Positions 29,308 through 39,748 of a stretch of 64,000 nucleotides of DNA are shown piece by piece. The notes under the pieces were generated by a model that saw only the letters and a list, made by a program, of their open reading frames with translations, was not told the origin of the DNA and ran no database searches. Each line of letters begins with the position of its first letter. Position 1 is the first letter of the stretch. The translations under genes were made by a program, and so were the position numbers. The stretch comes from Patescibacteria group bacterium (lineage in GTDB: Bacteria; Patescibacteriota; Minisyncoccia; Phycocordibacterales; UBA918), in the NCBI GenBank assembly GCA_019745315.1, contig JAIETH010000002.1:32654-96653 (forward strand), in the 5' to 3' direction.

Positions 29308-30141
29308 TTATATAGAAATATCTTTTTTTAAGCTATATTTGCTCCATCTTCGGTCGCCTTCTTTGTGAATGACTCCGTCTTTTATCATATCTATAAGATC
29401 TCTTTGAATTGTCTTTTCTCCGTAGTCCTTTATAGCACCTGAAATGTCTTTTATACTTACAACACCCTTCTCTTTGAGAATATCTATAATCGCGTCTTTT
29501 CTCGTACGTACAGATGTACCAACCTCACTCTCAAGTGGCCTCGGAGCGCGTGGCGCCCTACTCTCTACACTCATATTTTTAGAACGCCGTTTCTCTACCT
29601 GAATATACTGAGGGGACTCGAGCGTGGGATCAATCATATTTTCTGCAGACCTCCGTGTACTCAAGACATGCACACTATAGAGCACGCCATCAATCTCTCG
29701 CAGAAGTACATCAACCAAATCAGAACGGAGGGTTCGGCTACTTGCCGCAAGTGTAAGAAGACTTCGAAGAAGGCTTGCATGTCGAACAGTGGCACGAACC
29801 ATTGCATCATTGCCCGCGCTCACATCAGACGACAACAGGTCGATAACCGATCGAAGCATGTCCTTTGTAACGCCTCGCAACTCGAGTACGGATTCTTGTG
29901 TATTTGAATTGTCTTTTTTAATGTCTGTTATAACAAAAATTGCAGAAGCTATCTTTTCTGTCTTTTTGTATATATTTATGTAGTTATCGCTCTTAAAAAG
30001 AGCTATGTCTAAAGGATCCCTGTCCGATAGTATGTCTTTTATATTCATGGCTATGTCTTTTATATAGAAAGTGTCTTTTATTAGTACTAATGGTACCTCA
30101 AAAAGACACTGTCGCATACTATACAGCGACCGTTTTTTCAT
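29308..30141 (-). CDS. Putative transcriptional regulator with a C-terminal DeoR-type winged HTH.
   Basis: The C-terminal 60 aa resemble a DeoR-type HTH (VSIKDISGAI...TIQRDLIDMIKDGVI). The N-terminal part is of unknown function. Confidence 0.4.
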   Translation of the reverse strand: MKKRSLYSMRQCLFEVPLVLIKDTFYIKDIAMNIKDILSDRDPLDIALFKSDNYINIYKKTEKIASAIFVITDIKKDNSNTQESVLELRGVTKDMLRSVIDLLSSDVSAGNDAMVRATVRHASLLRSLLTLAASSRTLRSDLVDVLLREIDGVLYSVHVLSTRRSAENMIDPTLESPQYIQVEKRRSKNMSVESRAPRAPRPLESEVGTSVRTRKDAIIDILKEKGVVSIKDISGAIKDYGEKTIQRDLIDMIKDGVIHKEGDRRWSKYSLKKDISI

Positions 30142-30245
30142 GTCTCAATCCTATAAAAACTCATGGGCGGACAGATGTTTTTCTGTGAGTTACAGCCCTA
30201 ATAGATGGCTTATTCATGCTATTATTTCAGCGTTACCTCTACCAT

Positions 30246-32399
30246 ATGGCTACAAAGAAGAAAAAAGAAAAAGAGCCATTTTTCGACGATCTGGCACCTC
30301 ACACAAAGCAAGCTATTGGAGCAATAGGGTTTGGTGTCCTTGGTATATTCTTTGTACTCTCGTCTCTCCATACCGCGGGTTCAGCTGGAAATATCACACA
30401 CACCGTTATCTCCTACCTCTTTGGAGTCGGCTTTGTTCTTGCCCCTCTTGCATGTCTATTATATGTCGTCGTACTTCTCCGACCTCGCGAAAATGGTCGC
30501 ACGAGCATGTCTAAGATGCTCGGCGTTACACTTCTCACCTTCTCAGTACTTGGCCTCATTGCGCTCTATAACCCCGAAGACGGCGGCATGATCGGTCGCA
30601 TACTCATGGTTCCACTCACCTACCTTTTTGGAACACTTACAACCGGCATAGTACTCGGAGGCACCACCCTCATCGCCCTCCTTCTCACGCTCAACACCGG
30701 CATCAAGCTCCCGTCACTCTTTAAGCATAGAGAAGTGACTTTAAGTGAAACTCCTGACGTAGCAATTAAAAATCCTATCCCTCCTGAACTTCTCGAAGAA
30801 GAGGACACTGAAGAATCTGACGAGTCAGAGAAGCCTGAGCGAAAAACCCTTAAAGAGCGTGTTCTTGGGAAGCCCGAGTTTTTTGTGGAGCACTTCCGTG
30901 GACCCTATGCCCCACCACCCCTCTCTCTTGTAGAACGAGATAAAGGGAAAGCACGCGTGGGCGACGTTAAGGCGAGTGCAAATATCATCAAACGAACACT
31001 TGAGAAGTTCGGTATTCTTGTAGAAATGGATGAGGTATCTATTGGACCCTCTGTCACACGATACGCACTCAAGCCCGCTGAAGGCGTGCGTGTATCTAAG
31101 ATCGTAAGTCTTCAGAGCAATCTCGAACTTGCTCTCGCTGCAAGTCCTGTGCGCATCGAGGCACCTATTCCAGGTAAGTCCTTGGTAGGTATTGAGGTAC
31201 CAAATACACAAAAGTCTATGGTGGGTATGGGATCCCTTCTTTCTTCAGCAGAGTTTACCGACTCACCAAAGCCGCTTCTTGTTGCTCTTGGAAAAGACAT
31301 TGCAGGCGTCAGTCACTTTAAGGACGTCGCTAAAATGCCGCACCTCTTGATCGCAGGAACAACAGGATCTGGAAAATCAGCAACAATTCATGCGCTCATC
31401 ACATCGCTACTCTTCCGCAACTCTCCTGAGCAGCTCCGATTCATCATGGTTGACCCAAAGCGAGTTGAGTTGACGCTCTATAACGGCATTCCTCACCTCC
31501 TCACTCCGGTAATAACTGATGCTAAAAAATCTATCCTCTCTCTTAAGTGGGCAGCCAAAGAAATGGAACGACGCTATGAAATCCTTCAAACCGAAAAGGT
31601 TCGTGATATCGGTTCATACCACGACACTATTTATAAGCCAGCACTTAAAAAGTTTGACGCCAAGAAAGCCTCAAAAGGTGGAGTAACCCCTGAGGATGAA
31701 AAAGAGCTTCCTGTTGCACTTCCCTATATCGTGATTATCGTTGACGAGCTTGCTGACATTATGCAGACCTACCCACGCGAACTTGAAGCATCTATCGTTC
31801 GCCTCGCTCAGATGTCACGTGCTGTCGGTATCCACCTCATCCTTTCAACACAGAGACCAGAAGTGAAGGTTATTACAGGACTCATCAAAGCAAACGTTCC
31901 GGGTCGCATTGCACTCAAGGTAAACTCACAGATTGACTCACGCGTTATCATCGACTCACCTGGAGCTGAAAAACTCCTTGGACAAGGAGACATGCTCTAT
32001 CTCTCGGGAGAAGTTTCAAAGCCGCTTCGTATCCAGTCAGCATATATTTCTGAAGGAGAGGTAAAGGCTGTCGTTGAATACCTCAAAGGACAAAGTGACG
32101 CTCACAGCCTTGACTCTATTGATCTTGAAGGAGGTGCGGGAGAGCATAGCGATGCCCTCTTTGAATCCATGGTTGACGATGATAATGAAGACGATGAACT
32201 CTATGAGGAGGCAAAGAGTATTGTTATCAAAGATAAAAAAGCCTCAACATCATACCTTCAGCGACGTCTTCGCGTGGGATATTCACGAGCCGCCCGCCTT
32301 ATCGATATCCTTGAAGAGCGTGGAGTCATAGGAGCGCAAGATGGCGCACGTCCCCGCGAAATATTCGGTTCTCCTGAATCAGAAGAACGTCCTTTATAA
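30246..32399 (+). CDS. ftsK: DNA translocase FtsK/SpoIIIE.
   Basis: N-terminal TM helices, Walker A AGTTGSGKS, Walker B IVIIVDELAD and a gamma domain. Confidence 0.85.
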   Translation: MATKKKKEKEPFFDDLAPHTKQAIGAIGFGVLGIFFVLSSLHTAGSAGNITHTVISYLFGVGFVLAPLACLLYVVVLLRPRENGRTSMSKMLGVTLLTFSVLGLIALYNPEDGGMIGRILMVPLTYLFGTLTTGIVLGGTTLIALLLTLNTGIKLPSLFKHREVTLSETPDVAIKNPIPPELLEEEDTEESDESEKPERKTLKERVLGKPEFFVEHFRGPYAPPPLSLVERDKGKARVGDVKASANIIKRTLEKFGILVEMDEVSIGPSVTRYALKPAEGVRVSKIVSLQSNLELALAASPVRIEAPIPGKSLVGIEVPNTQKSMVGMGSLLSSAEFTDSPKPLLVALGKDIAGVSHFKDVAKMPHLLIAGTTGSGKSATIHALITSLLFRNSPEQLRFIMVDPKRVELTLYNGIPHLLTPVITDAKKSILSLKWAAKEMERRYEILQTEKVRDIGSYHDTIYKPALKKFDAKKASKGGVTPEDEKELPVALPYIVIIVDELADIMQTYPRELEASIVRLAQMSRAVGIHLILSTQRPEVKVITGLIKANVPGRIALKVNSQIDSRVIIDSPGAEKLLGQGDMLYLSGEVSKPLRIQSAYISEGEVKAVVEYLKGQSDAHSLDSIDLEGGAGEHSDALFESMVDDDNEDDELYEEAKSIVIKDKKASTSYLQRRLRVGYSRAARLIDILEERGVIGAQDGARPREIFGSPESEERPL

Positions 32400-32403
32400 C
32401 ACC

Positions 32404-32766
32404 ATGCCTATCCTCTTCCATCGTCACTTCTCTCTCGGCACAGTCCTCTATTTTGCAATTGTTATCGCCGTTGTTGGTGGAGTAGTTGCATACGGCATAT
32501 TTCAAGCTCGACACCTCATTGAGGGGCCAGTTATTACCCTTACTGAGGAACCTGCCTACGCCCAGCCTGACGCCGCCATAGAGATCAAAGGCAATGCCCA
32601 GAATATAATCTCTATCTCGATCAATGACCGTCAAATCTTCACGGACGACAGTGGAAACTTTACTGAGACCCTCGTACTTCCTAAAGGATATACTATAATG
32701 ACACTGACGGCAGAAGACCGATATGGTCGAGTGCGCACAGTCGAACGAACATACGTACGAAGTTAA
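32404..32766 (+). CDS. Hypothetical membrane-anchored protein.
   Basis: A single TM followed by about 90 aa. The start was chosen at MPILF. Confidence 0.35.
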   Translation: MPILFHRHFSLGTVLYFAIVIAVVGGVVAYGIFQARHLIEGPVITLTEEPAYAQPDAAIEIKGNAQNIISISINDRQIFTDDSGNFTETLVLPKGYTIMTLTAEDRYGRVRTVERTYVRS

Positions 32767-32783
32767 TAATTATCTCTACCCTT

Positions 32784-33812
32784 ATGGCATTCGCGAAAAA
32801 AGCAAAAAAAAGTCCTTCAATACCCGCAGCCCGCGGCATCGAAGACATTAAACAAGCACTTCAAAGTATTAAGACTAAGTTTGGTGACGATTCTATTATG
32901 ATGCTCGGGGAGCGTCCTAAGGTTAATGTCGATGCTATTCCCTCAGGCTCAATCGGACTTGATTACGCTCTCGGTATCGGTGGATATCCTCGTGGACGTA
33001 TCATAGAAGTATATGGTCCTGAGTCTTCAGGAAAGACAACCCTATCTCTCCATGCTATCGCAGAAGCACAGAAGACTGGTGGTGTATGCGCATTCATTGA
33101 CGCAGAGCATGCGCTTGACCCTGAGTACGCACAACGGCTTGGTGTGAAGATTGAGGATCTTCTCATTTCACAACCTGATACAGGTGAACAGGCGCTCGAA
33201 ATCGTTGAGTCTCTCGTGCGCACTGGGAAGATCGATATCATCGTCGTTGACTCAGTTGCAGCACTCACCCCAAAGGATGAAATCGAAGGAGAAATGGGTC
33301 AGCAGCATGTAGGGCGACAAGCGCGTCTCATGAGTCAAGCACTTCGTAAGCTCACTGCAATTGTTTCTAAATCAAAGACCATCATTATCTTTATCAATCA
33401 GATTCGCATGCAGATAGGTGTGATGTTTGGCAATCCTGAGACAACGACTGGAGGAAAGGCTCTTAAGTTTTACACTTCTGTTCGTTTGGATATTCGTCGC
33501 ATAGCTCAGATCAAAAAAGGAGAAGAGGTTGTGGGAGGCCGGCACCGCATCAAGGTTGTAAAAAATAAGGTTGCTGCTCCCTTCCGTACTACGGAATTTG
33601 ATCTTCTCTATAACGAAGGAATATCAAAGGAGGGCGAGCTTCTTGCTCTTGGAGAGCGATTCGGTATTGTTCAGAAATCAGGAGCTTCGTACTCATATGG
33701 CGAAGCGAAGCTGGGTCGAGGATATGACGCAGCACGCACTGCCCTTCGCGAAGATCCGAAACTTCAGGATGAGCTCCTTAAAGAAGTACGTGCAAAGCTT
33801 CAAGAAACGTAA
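32784..33812 (+). CDS. recA: Recombinase RecA.
   Basis: Motifs GPESSGKTT and [14 protein letters not shown]. Confidence 0.9.
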   Translation: MAFAKKAKKSPSIPAARGIEDIKQALQSIKTKFGDDSIMMLGERPKVNVDAIPSGSIGLDYALGIGGYPRGRIIEVYGPESSGKTTLSLHAIAEAQKTGGVCAFIDAEHALDPEYAQRLGVKIEDLLISQPDTGEQALEIVESLVRTGKIDIIVVDSVAALTPKDEIEGEMGQQHVGRQARLMSQALRKLTAIVSKSKTIIIFINQIRMQIGVMFGNPETTTGGKALKFYTSVRLDIRRIAQIKKGEEVVGGRHRIKVVKNKVAAPFRTTEFDLLYNEGISKEGELLALGERFGIVQKSGASYSYGEAKLGRGYDAARTALREDPKLQDELLKEVRAKLQET

Positions 33813-33875
33813 ACCGTATACGAAAACAAAAAAACACCATACTGGTGTTTTTTTGTACTTCTCAACATAAACTAC

Positions 33876-34205
33876 TTAGGCACGCATATGTCGATCAGAC
33901 ATATTCAAACTCATAACTCCAGTATCGCCTTTCAAGAAAGCATGAAATGCGTATGCAAATACTGCAAGTACGAGCAGTGTCCATATTTCTGTACCGGTTA
34001 CGGCTCCCAGAATAAACGCTCCAACATCTCCTACGGTAACCATAGAGAGGTTTTGCGCAACATCAAGAATTGATACGTATTGAACGAATGCATACGCACA
34101 AAATGCCATAACAATCGTATGTCGAGCTCGGGTACCTCCGAGGACTCGCATCGCGTATGCCGTATAAATGCGTCGCATTATTTTTTTGTGTAATTGTGTG
34201 TGCAT
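33876..34205 (-). CDS. Small membrane protein downstream of the ECF sigma factor, a candidate anti-sigma factor.
   Basis: Gene context and three TM helices; there is no sequence signature. Confidence 0.3.
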   Translation of the reverse strand: MHTQLHKKIMRRIYTAYAMRVLGGTRARHTIVMAFCAYAFVQYVSILDVAQNLSMVTVGDVGAFILGAVTGTEIWTLLVLAVFAYAFHAFLKGDTGVMSLNMSDRHMRA

Positions 34206-34249
34206 ATGTGGGCTCTATGAATTGTTCGTACTCTCTATAACGACGTTTT

Positions 34250-34861
34250 CTACTTATTAGTTTCACCACCAATCGAATCACGCCCCATACCTCCCTCTTC
34301 GTATTCTTTTTTAAATACCGCTTTTGCTCTGTGAATACGCGTCTTTACCGCAGCAACACTAATTCCTAAGTGATGCGCTATATCTTTATGAGACCATCGC
34401 TCAAGGTAGTGAAAACGGAGTACTGCTGCAAAATGTCCTGGTATTTTTTCTAACATGCGCACAATCTCATCCTCCTCCTCTTTATTAAGAGCGTGCTCTG
34501 TGACATCGCGCACCTGCTGCTCATACTCTGGATCAAGAGCGCTTACGCGACTACCCTCTCGCTTTTTCTTCATATACCTCGTGAGAGCAGTATTTACCAC
34601 AATGGTATATGCCCATGAGGAAAACTTCGCTCCTTCACGAACCTCAAAACGATCCATATTGAGATAAATCTTGGTAAAAGCATCTTGCACCACCTCTTCT
34701 GAATCAAGTCTGCTATGCAGAATGGACTCCGCTTTTCTCATAAACGCTTCTTCGTATCTCTCAAGGAGCATGGCAAAGAGCCACGGCTCGCTACGGGAGC
34801 GAGCCAAAAGCTCTTCGTCAGAGAGTGCGGGTGTTGATGAATCTCCTAGAAATCTAAACAT
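34250..34861 (-). CDS. ECF-type sigma-70 family RNA polymerase sigma factor.
   Basis: Region 2 (AFMRKAESILHS...EDAFTKIYLN...FSSWAYTIVVN) and region 4 (DIAHHLGISVAAVKTRIHRA). Confidence 0.75.
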   Translation of the reverse strand: MFRFLGDSSTPALSDEELLARSRSEPWLFAMLLERYEEAFMRKAESILHSRLDSEEVVQDAFTKIYLNMDRFEVREGAKFSSWAYTIVVNTALTRYMKKKREGSRVSALDPEYEQQVRDVTEHALNKEEEDEIVRMLEKIPGHFAAVLRFHYLERWSHKDIAHHLGISVAAVKTRIHRAKAVFKKEYEEGGMGRDSIGGETNK

Positions 34862-34986
34862 ACAATATAGAGAACAATACTATAGATTCTCGTACTTTAC
34901 AGGGTTGATTCATTTCTGGCTTTTTGTGAAAGTAGCGGGTATACTCTGGCTTGTATTATAACTAATCAAATACCCACTCCGTTTCT

Positions 34987-35562
34987 ATGGCAACTCTTGC
35001 ATATAATGAAATTCTTCCGAAAACAGTCATCGTCATGAACGGTGAACCCTTTCTCGTTCTCGATGCTCACGTATTCCGCAAACAACAGCGTAAGCCAGTA
35101 AACCAGACAAAGATCAAGTCACTCAAAACAGGGCGTGTAATTGAACAGACATTCCATCAAAATGAAAATGCTGTTGAAGCTGATCTCGAGAGGAAGATGA
35201 TTGAATTTATCTACGAAAATCGTGGTATCTATTGGTTTTGTGAGGCAGGAAAGCCACAAACCCGCTTTGAATTAGGTGAAGCTGTTGTCGGAGAAGCTAT
35301 TAAGTTTATAAAGCCGAAATCAGAAGTTGAAGCGCTTGTATTTGATGAAGAAATCATCGGCGTTAAGGTGCCTATCAAGGTAGAGCTTGCAGTCAAAGAG
35401 GCTGCTCCTGCAATTAAAGGAAATACCGTACAAGGTGGCAGCAAAGAAGTCATACTTGAAACGGGAGCAAAAATCCAAGTCCCTATGTTTATCAATGAAG
35501 GCGACGTCGTGCGCATAAATACCGAGTCAGGAGAGTACACTGAACGCGTAAGTAAGGCGTAG
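34987..35562 (+). CDS. efp: Elongation factor P.
   Basis: EF-P length and three-domain pattern (VIVMNGEPFLVLDAH...KIQVPMFINEGDVVRINTE). Confidence 0.75.
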   Translation: MATLAYNEILPKTVIVMNGEPFLVLDAHVFRKQQRKPVNQTKIKSLKTGRVIEQTFHQNENAVEADLERKMIEFIYENRGIYWFCEAGKPQTRFELGEAVVGEAIKFIKPKSEVEALVFDEEIIGVKVPIKVELAVKEAAPAIKGNTVQGGSKEVILETGAKIQVPMFINEGDVVRINTESGEYTERVSKA

Positions 35563-35566
35563 GGTA

Positions 35567-35604
35567 ACCAACAAAAAAACACCCGTACGGGTGTTTTTTT
35601 GTTG
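35567..35604. terminator. Bidirectional intrinsic terminator (ccaacaaaaaaacacccg-tac-gggtgtttttttgttgg).
   Basis: Read directly from the sequence. Confidence 0.7.
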
Positions 35605-35611
35605 GTCTGAT

Positions 35612-35839
35612 TTAACGAGCCACAAACGGCATCAATGCCATGAATCGTGCGCGCTTCATAGCTTGCGCAAGAAGTCGCTGCTCACGGCCAGTCAACTGTG
35701 TACGTCGACGTCCGTGGATACGAGAGTGCTGATTAACATATCGCTCAAGAAGCGCTGTGTTCTTGTAGTCGAAATGCAGCGCTCCAGTACGAGCACGCCC
35801 CTCTTCTTTCATGTCTTTATTTTTTGGTGTTTTGTCCAT
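35612..35839 (-). CDS. rpsR: 30S ribosomal protein S18.
   Basis: The FDYKNTALLERYV...RRTQLTGREQRLLAQAMKRAR signature. Confidence 0.85.
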   Translation of the reverse strand: MDKTPKNKDMKEEGRARTGALHFDYKNTALLERYVNQHSRIHGRRRTQLTGREQRLLAQAMKRARFMALMPFVAR

Positions 35840-35849
35840 ATGCTAATTC

Positions 35850-36290
35850 TTAAAATGGGATATCGTCAGGATTAATCTCTTCTTCAGGGTATTCCATACT
35901 TTCTGGCATAGAGTCTTTTGGTGCCTTATCTTCTCCCGCCTGTGAAGAAGCTCCTCCTCCCATGCCGCCTTTCGGTCCAAACTGCATTCTGTCAGCAACG
36001 ATTTCTGTTCGATACTGCTTTGCGCCATCTTTGTCCCAACTTCGAGTTTGAAGTCTTCCTTCAACCATTACTCCGCTTCCTTTTTTCAAATACTGAGCGC
36101 TCAGTTCTGCCTGCTTACCAAACAATACAATGTTGTGGTAATCGACTGACTCCTGCTTTCTTCCCTCACGATCTTTGTATACTCGATTGGTAGCAAGTGA
36201 AAATGAACACACCTGAATACCTGATGGCAACGCGCGCATCTCCGGATCTCGTGTGAGATTTCCGTAGATTATTGCTTTATTAAGATACAT
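35850..36290 (-). CDS. ssb: Single-stranded DNA-binding protein.
   Basis: An OB-fold (NKAIIYGNLTRDPEMR...HNIVLFGKQAE...VEGRLQTRSW) and an acidic C-terminal tail DDIPF. Confidence 0.85.
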   Translation of the reverse strand: MYLNKAIIYGNLTRDPEMRALPSGIQVCSFSLATNRVYKDREGRKQESVDYHNIVLFGKQAELSAQYLKKGSGVMVEGRLQTRSWDKDGAKQYRTEIVADRMQFGPKGGMGGGASSQAGEDKAPKDSMPESMEYPEEEINPDDIPF

Positions 36291-36294
36291 ATAA

Positions 36295-36795
36295 TTATGA
36301 TGTTATTCCTTCAAGCGACTTGTTGAGGTCGTCATCAGAAATATCAGCCACCTCTCCCGACGCGTCCTCACTATCTACTACTGTAGCAGATTCCTGCTTC
36401 CCTACGAATACACGGTGAGGATGAGCTGCCTCTTCACGAGTAAGACGTACGAGCAAGTGACGGAGCACTTCGCCGCGGTGAACAATTTCAGTTGTTACGC
36501 TTTCGAGATCACTTCGCATAAGTGAAAAACGAATCCATCCGTACCACGAGTTGGTAAAGCGAAGTGAACGCCCTTCAACAGCCTTCCGTATCTCATACGC
36601 AAGGGTAAAACGCTGAGGATTCTCTTCTTCAAGAATCTCCCCATTGTGAGTCGTGATAATAGCTTTTAGGGCTGCAATAACCCCAGAGACTTCCCCATCG
36701 GCAACCGTTGGAAGTAGGTGGAAAGCGAGTTCATACTGGTCACGCTCGTCGTGATTTTGTGTCGCTTCGACTGCCGGCATTGTTGTTTCGTCCAT
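36295..36795 (-). CDS. rpsF: 30S ribosomal protein S6, with a C-terminal acidic extension.
   Basis: YELAFHLLP...IRFSLM is S6-like, and the gene sits in an rpsF-ssb-rpsR cluster. Confidence 0.7.
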   Translation of the reverse strand: MDETTMPAVEATQNHDERDQYELAFHLLPTVADGEVSGVIAALKAIITTHNGEILEEENPQRFTLAYEIRKAVEGRSLRFTNSWYGWIRFSLMRSDLESVTTEIVHRGEVLRHLLVRLTREEAAHPHRVFVGKQESATVVDSEDASGEVADISDDDLNKSLEGITS

Positions 36796-36890
36796 ATTTT
36801 TTCTCTATTAGTAATGGCGATAACGTACCACAAAAAAGGCCTGTTCGCAAGAAGGGCTCGCGCCCTCTCGGAAATGATATACTAGCTCTA

Positions 36891-37793
36891 ATGAGCAAGA
36901 ACACGGCGCTTTATATCCTTATATCGATACTTATAGGGACAATCTCTTTCGGCGTATTTTGGCATATGCGCCTTTCCAACACTATTACCATGCTCGCAGA
37001 AGATAAAGAGGTACTGCGCACAGAAATCGCTGAATTGAAGACACAGACCGATCAAACAATTGCTGACCTCGGAAGCACAATAGATACCCTGACAAAAGAC
37101 AGAGACGGGTTAAAAGAATCTCTCGAAGAAGCACGCGAAGAAAATGAGTCAGTGGAAAAGAAAGTTTCAACTGCCCTCAAAACTGTCGAGACACTCAGCA
37201 AGCTTGCGGCAACAGATCCCGAACTTCTCCAGAAGTACTCAAAAGTATACTTTCTTAATGAGCACTACGCTCCCCCACAAACAAAAGCTATAGATAAAAA
37301 ATATCTCTATACCGAGACTGATGTTGAATATCTCCATGCAGAGGTAATGCCATTCTTTAAAGACATGGTTGAAGACGCGCTCGACGACGGCATTGAACTG
37401 TATGTAGTATCAGCATTCAGATCCTTTGATCAACAGAAGTCACTCAAAAGTGCCTACAGCGTGACGTATGGTACTGGGGCAAATACGTTTTCAGCAGACC
37501 AGGGATATTCTGAACATCAGCTCGGCACCACAGTTGACTTCACCACCACTGGCATCAATGGAGGACTTACAGGATTTGATACCACCCCTGCATATACATG
37601 GCTTACCAAAAATGCATACCGATACGGCTTCGTTCTCTCCTATCCAAAAAACAATCAGTACTATATTTTTGAACCGTGGCACTGGAGATTTGTTGGCACC
37701 GACTTAGCTCGAGATCTTCATAATGATAAAAAATACTTCTACGACCTCGATCAACGAGAGATAGAAGAATATCGAGCTACGATGTTTGATTAA
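36891..37793 (+). CDS. Membrane-anchored D-Ala-D-Ala carboxypeptidase (peptidase M15, VanY/LAS family).
   Basis: N-terminal TM and coiled coil. The C-terminal YVVSAFRSFDQQ...GYSEHQLGTTVDF carries the zinc ligands. Confidence 0.65.
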   Translation: MSKNTALYILISILIGTISFGVFWHMRLSNTITMLAEDKEVLRTEIAELKTQTDQTIADLGSTIDTLTKDRDGLKESLEEAREENESVEKKVSTALKTVETLSKLAATDPELLQKYSKVYFLNEHYAPPQTKAIDKKYLYTETDVEYLHAEVMPFFKDMVEDALDDGIELYVVSAFRSFDQQKSLKSAYSVTYGTGANTFSADQGYSEHQLGTTVDFTTTGINGGLTGFDTTPAYTWLTKNAYRYGFVLSYPKNNQYYIFEPWHWRFVGTDLARDLHNDKKYFYDLDQREIEEYRATMFD

Positions 37794-37851
37794 GGTTGAC
37801 TCAAGAAGATATGCTGTAGTAGGGTATTCCTGGATCAAGGAGAATCCCCGT

Positions 37852-38091
37852 ATGAGTGGCTCAATCAGAGCAATGACAGGAACAATCGCTCAGGCTGCGA
37901 GCCCTGCAGCGATTGTCAAAGCGCGGGTGACTGGAAAGTGCCCGTCATGCGAAGCCCGCCTCACAGGGCGAGCACTATGGGATGCGGGCACCCTGGTGAA
38001 ATACGTCATCCCCGACCACTACGACGCACGCAACCCCGCCAAGCTGACCTGCACGGGTGCCGGCACCACCATTCCGCAGAAGGAGACCTGA
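37852..38091 (+). CDS. Hypothetical small CxxC protein of 79 aa, encoded in a GC-rich cassette.
   Basis: An AAGGAG Shine-Dalgarno motif 9 nt upstream of the ATG, a CPSC motif, and a downstream terminator hairpin at about 38088-38123. Local GC is well above the flanks. Confidence 0.4.
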   Translation: MSGSIRAMTGTIAQAASPAAIVKARVTGKCPSCEARLTGRALWDAGTLVKYVIPDHYDARNPAKLTCTGAGTTIPQKET

Positions 38092-38117
38092 GACCTTATC
38101 TTACACATAAGGTCTTT

Positions 38118-38954
38118 TTATATTCCAAACATCCGACGAGCATTTTCTCGTAGCGCACTAGCTACAGCCTCTTCATTCTCTCCTCTAATTTCTGCTATTT
38201 TTTTAACTACCTCTATCACAAAGAGTGGCTCGTTTCGTTTTCCTCTATGCGGCACAGGTGTGACATACGGCGCATCAGTTTCTGCATGAAGCATCGAAAG
38301 CGGAGCATTTTTTATAATCTCATCATAGTCTCTCGCAAATGTGATAACTCCTGTAAATGAAGTGGTGTACCCTATATCCCAAAACATCTTTGCCTCTTCA
38401 TATGTTCCTGCAAAAAAATGTACATTTCCTAACACTTTTGTATGAGATCGGAGGATGTCGTACGCGTCCTGGTATGCGTTGTCGCTCTCTCCAGAACGCA
38501 CATGAAGCATCAAGGGTTTCCCCACTGCATTTGCCAATTCAATTTGTTCAATAAATGCTTTTTTTTGAAGCTCTTTGGTCCCCTCTTCTAATCGCACATA
38601 GTCGAGCCCACATTCACCTATTGCAACAACCTTCGGATCTGCAGCCAATTTTGTATAGAGCGCTGCATCAAACACCTCTCCGCGAGACGTAAATCCTTTT
38701 TCGACATCAGTAAATTCTTTTGGATCGTGATACGAACGAGATGTATGAACCGGATGAAGGCCCGCTATGGCATACACTCCTTGTTCGTATTCATGCGCTA
38801 TTTCGATAGCCCGCTCTGTAGTATCACGCTGTGTTCCAACATTAATACACCCCACCCCCGCCTCGAGCATTCTGTCTGTGACTTCTTTCCAGTCAAGGGA
38901 AAAAGCCGCAAGGTTTACGTGAGTATGGATATCTATGTATGCAATATCTTTCAT
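38118..38954 (-). CDS. tatD: TatD family metal-dependent hydrolase.
   Basis: Motifs YIDIHTH, GECGLDY and the AHAETD pattern. Confidence 0.8.
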   Translation of the reverse strand: MKDIAYIDIHTHVNLAAFSLDWKEVTDRMLEAGVGCINVGTQRDTTERAIEIAHEYEQGVYAIAGLHPVHTSRSYHDPKEFTDVEKGFTSRGEVFDAALYTKLAADPKVVAIGECGLDYVRLEEGTKELQKKAFIEQIELANAVGKPLMLHVRSGESDNAYQDAYDILRSHTKVLGNVHFFAGTYEEAKMFWDIGYTTSFTGVITFARDYDEIIKNAPLSMLHAETDAPYVTPVPHRGKRNEPLFVIEVVKKIAEIRGENEEAVASALRENARRMFGI

Positions 38955-39084
38955 ATTAAAAAAGTAACAATCTCACATACGCATTTATATGCAGGTAGAC
39001 GCATGGCGAGACCACGAGTCATGACGTGCATGATAGGCGATCAAGCTGACGAGGTCGTGAGCACAAAATGCGTATGTCAGACTC

Positions 39085-39747
39085 CTACCAATGACTATTG
39101 ATAGTAAGTATAAGTCGTTCACCAGATTCTATAGGCTCTACTCCATGGAATGTACGATCTCCAAAGAAAAGACAGAGATCATTCGGACGCGAGCGCGCAA
39201 TAATATGAGGGACGACACGCCGAAGAAATGGGACATGTCGCAATGCGCGTGAAAACAGCTTGATCAAAAAAGCATTCTTACTGGTACGCAGGTTTGGAAA
39301 TGCTATCAACTCCCCGCCTGTCTCTGGCATTTTGAGAGCCAAGGTTGCATTCGCGTACGCTCCGTCATAATGATACTCCGTTTCTTCTGTACGCTTACCG
39401 TCGCGAGCATCTTTATACGGAAAACCAATCATCTGTCGTTCAGGCTGAAGCGGCACAAAATCTTTCCCTTCTTTTTCGGCGCGAATCTTGTGAAGTCCGT
39501 TAAAAAGCGCCATAAATTCCTCGCTGTGCGCAAGACGATCTGCAATAGATCCCTGAAGTTCAATTGTTTTTTTATTTGCGAGTCGCTCGCCAGTAGCCCT
39601 GAGTTCAGAAAATGCGTCAGGAGTTAGGAAATCTGACAACATGACATACCCCTGTTTCCACATAGACTCAACGAGCTCCCTATGCCAGCTCTGATCCGTA
39701 ATTTTTGAAATATAGAGTGGATTGATCATATGTACGTAATTATACAT
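39085..39747 (-). CDS. Putative 2OG-Fe(II) oxygenase superfamily protein.
   Basis: H-x-D...H arrangement (YHYDGAY ... FHGVEP). Weak. Confidence 0.35.
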   Translation of the reverse strand: MYNYVHMINPLYISKITDQSWHRELVESMWKQGYVMLSDFLTPDAFSELRATGERLANKKTIELQGSIADRLAHSEEFMALFNGLHKIRAEKEGKDFVPLQPERQMIGFPYKDARDGKRTEETEYHYDGAYANATLALKMPETGGELIAFPNLRTSKNAFLIKLFSRALRHVPFLRRVVPHIIARSRPNDLCLFFGDRTFHGVEPIESGERLILTINSHW

Positions 39748-39748
39748 C

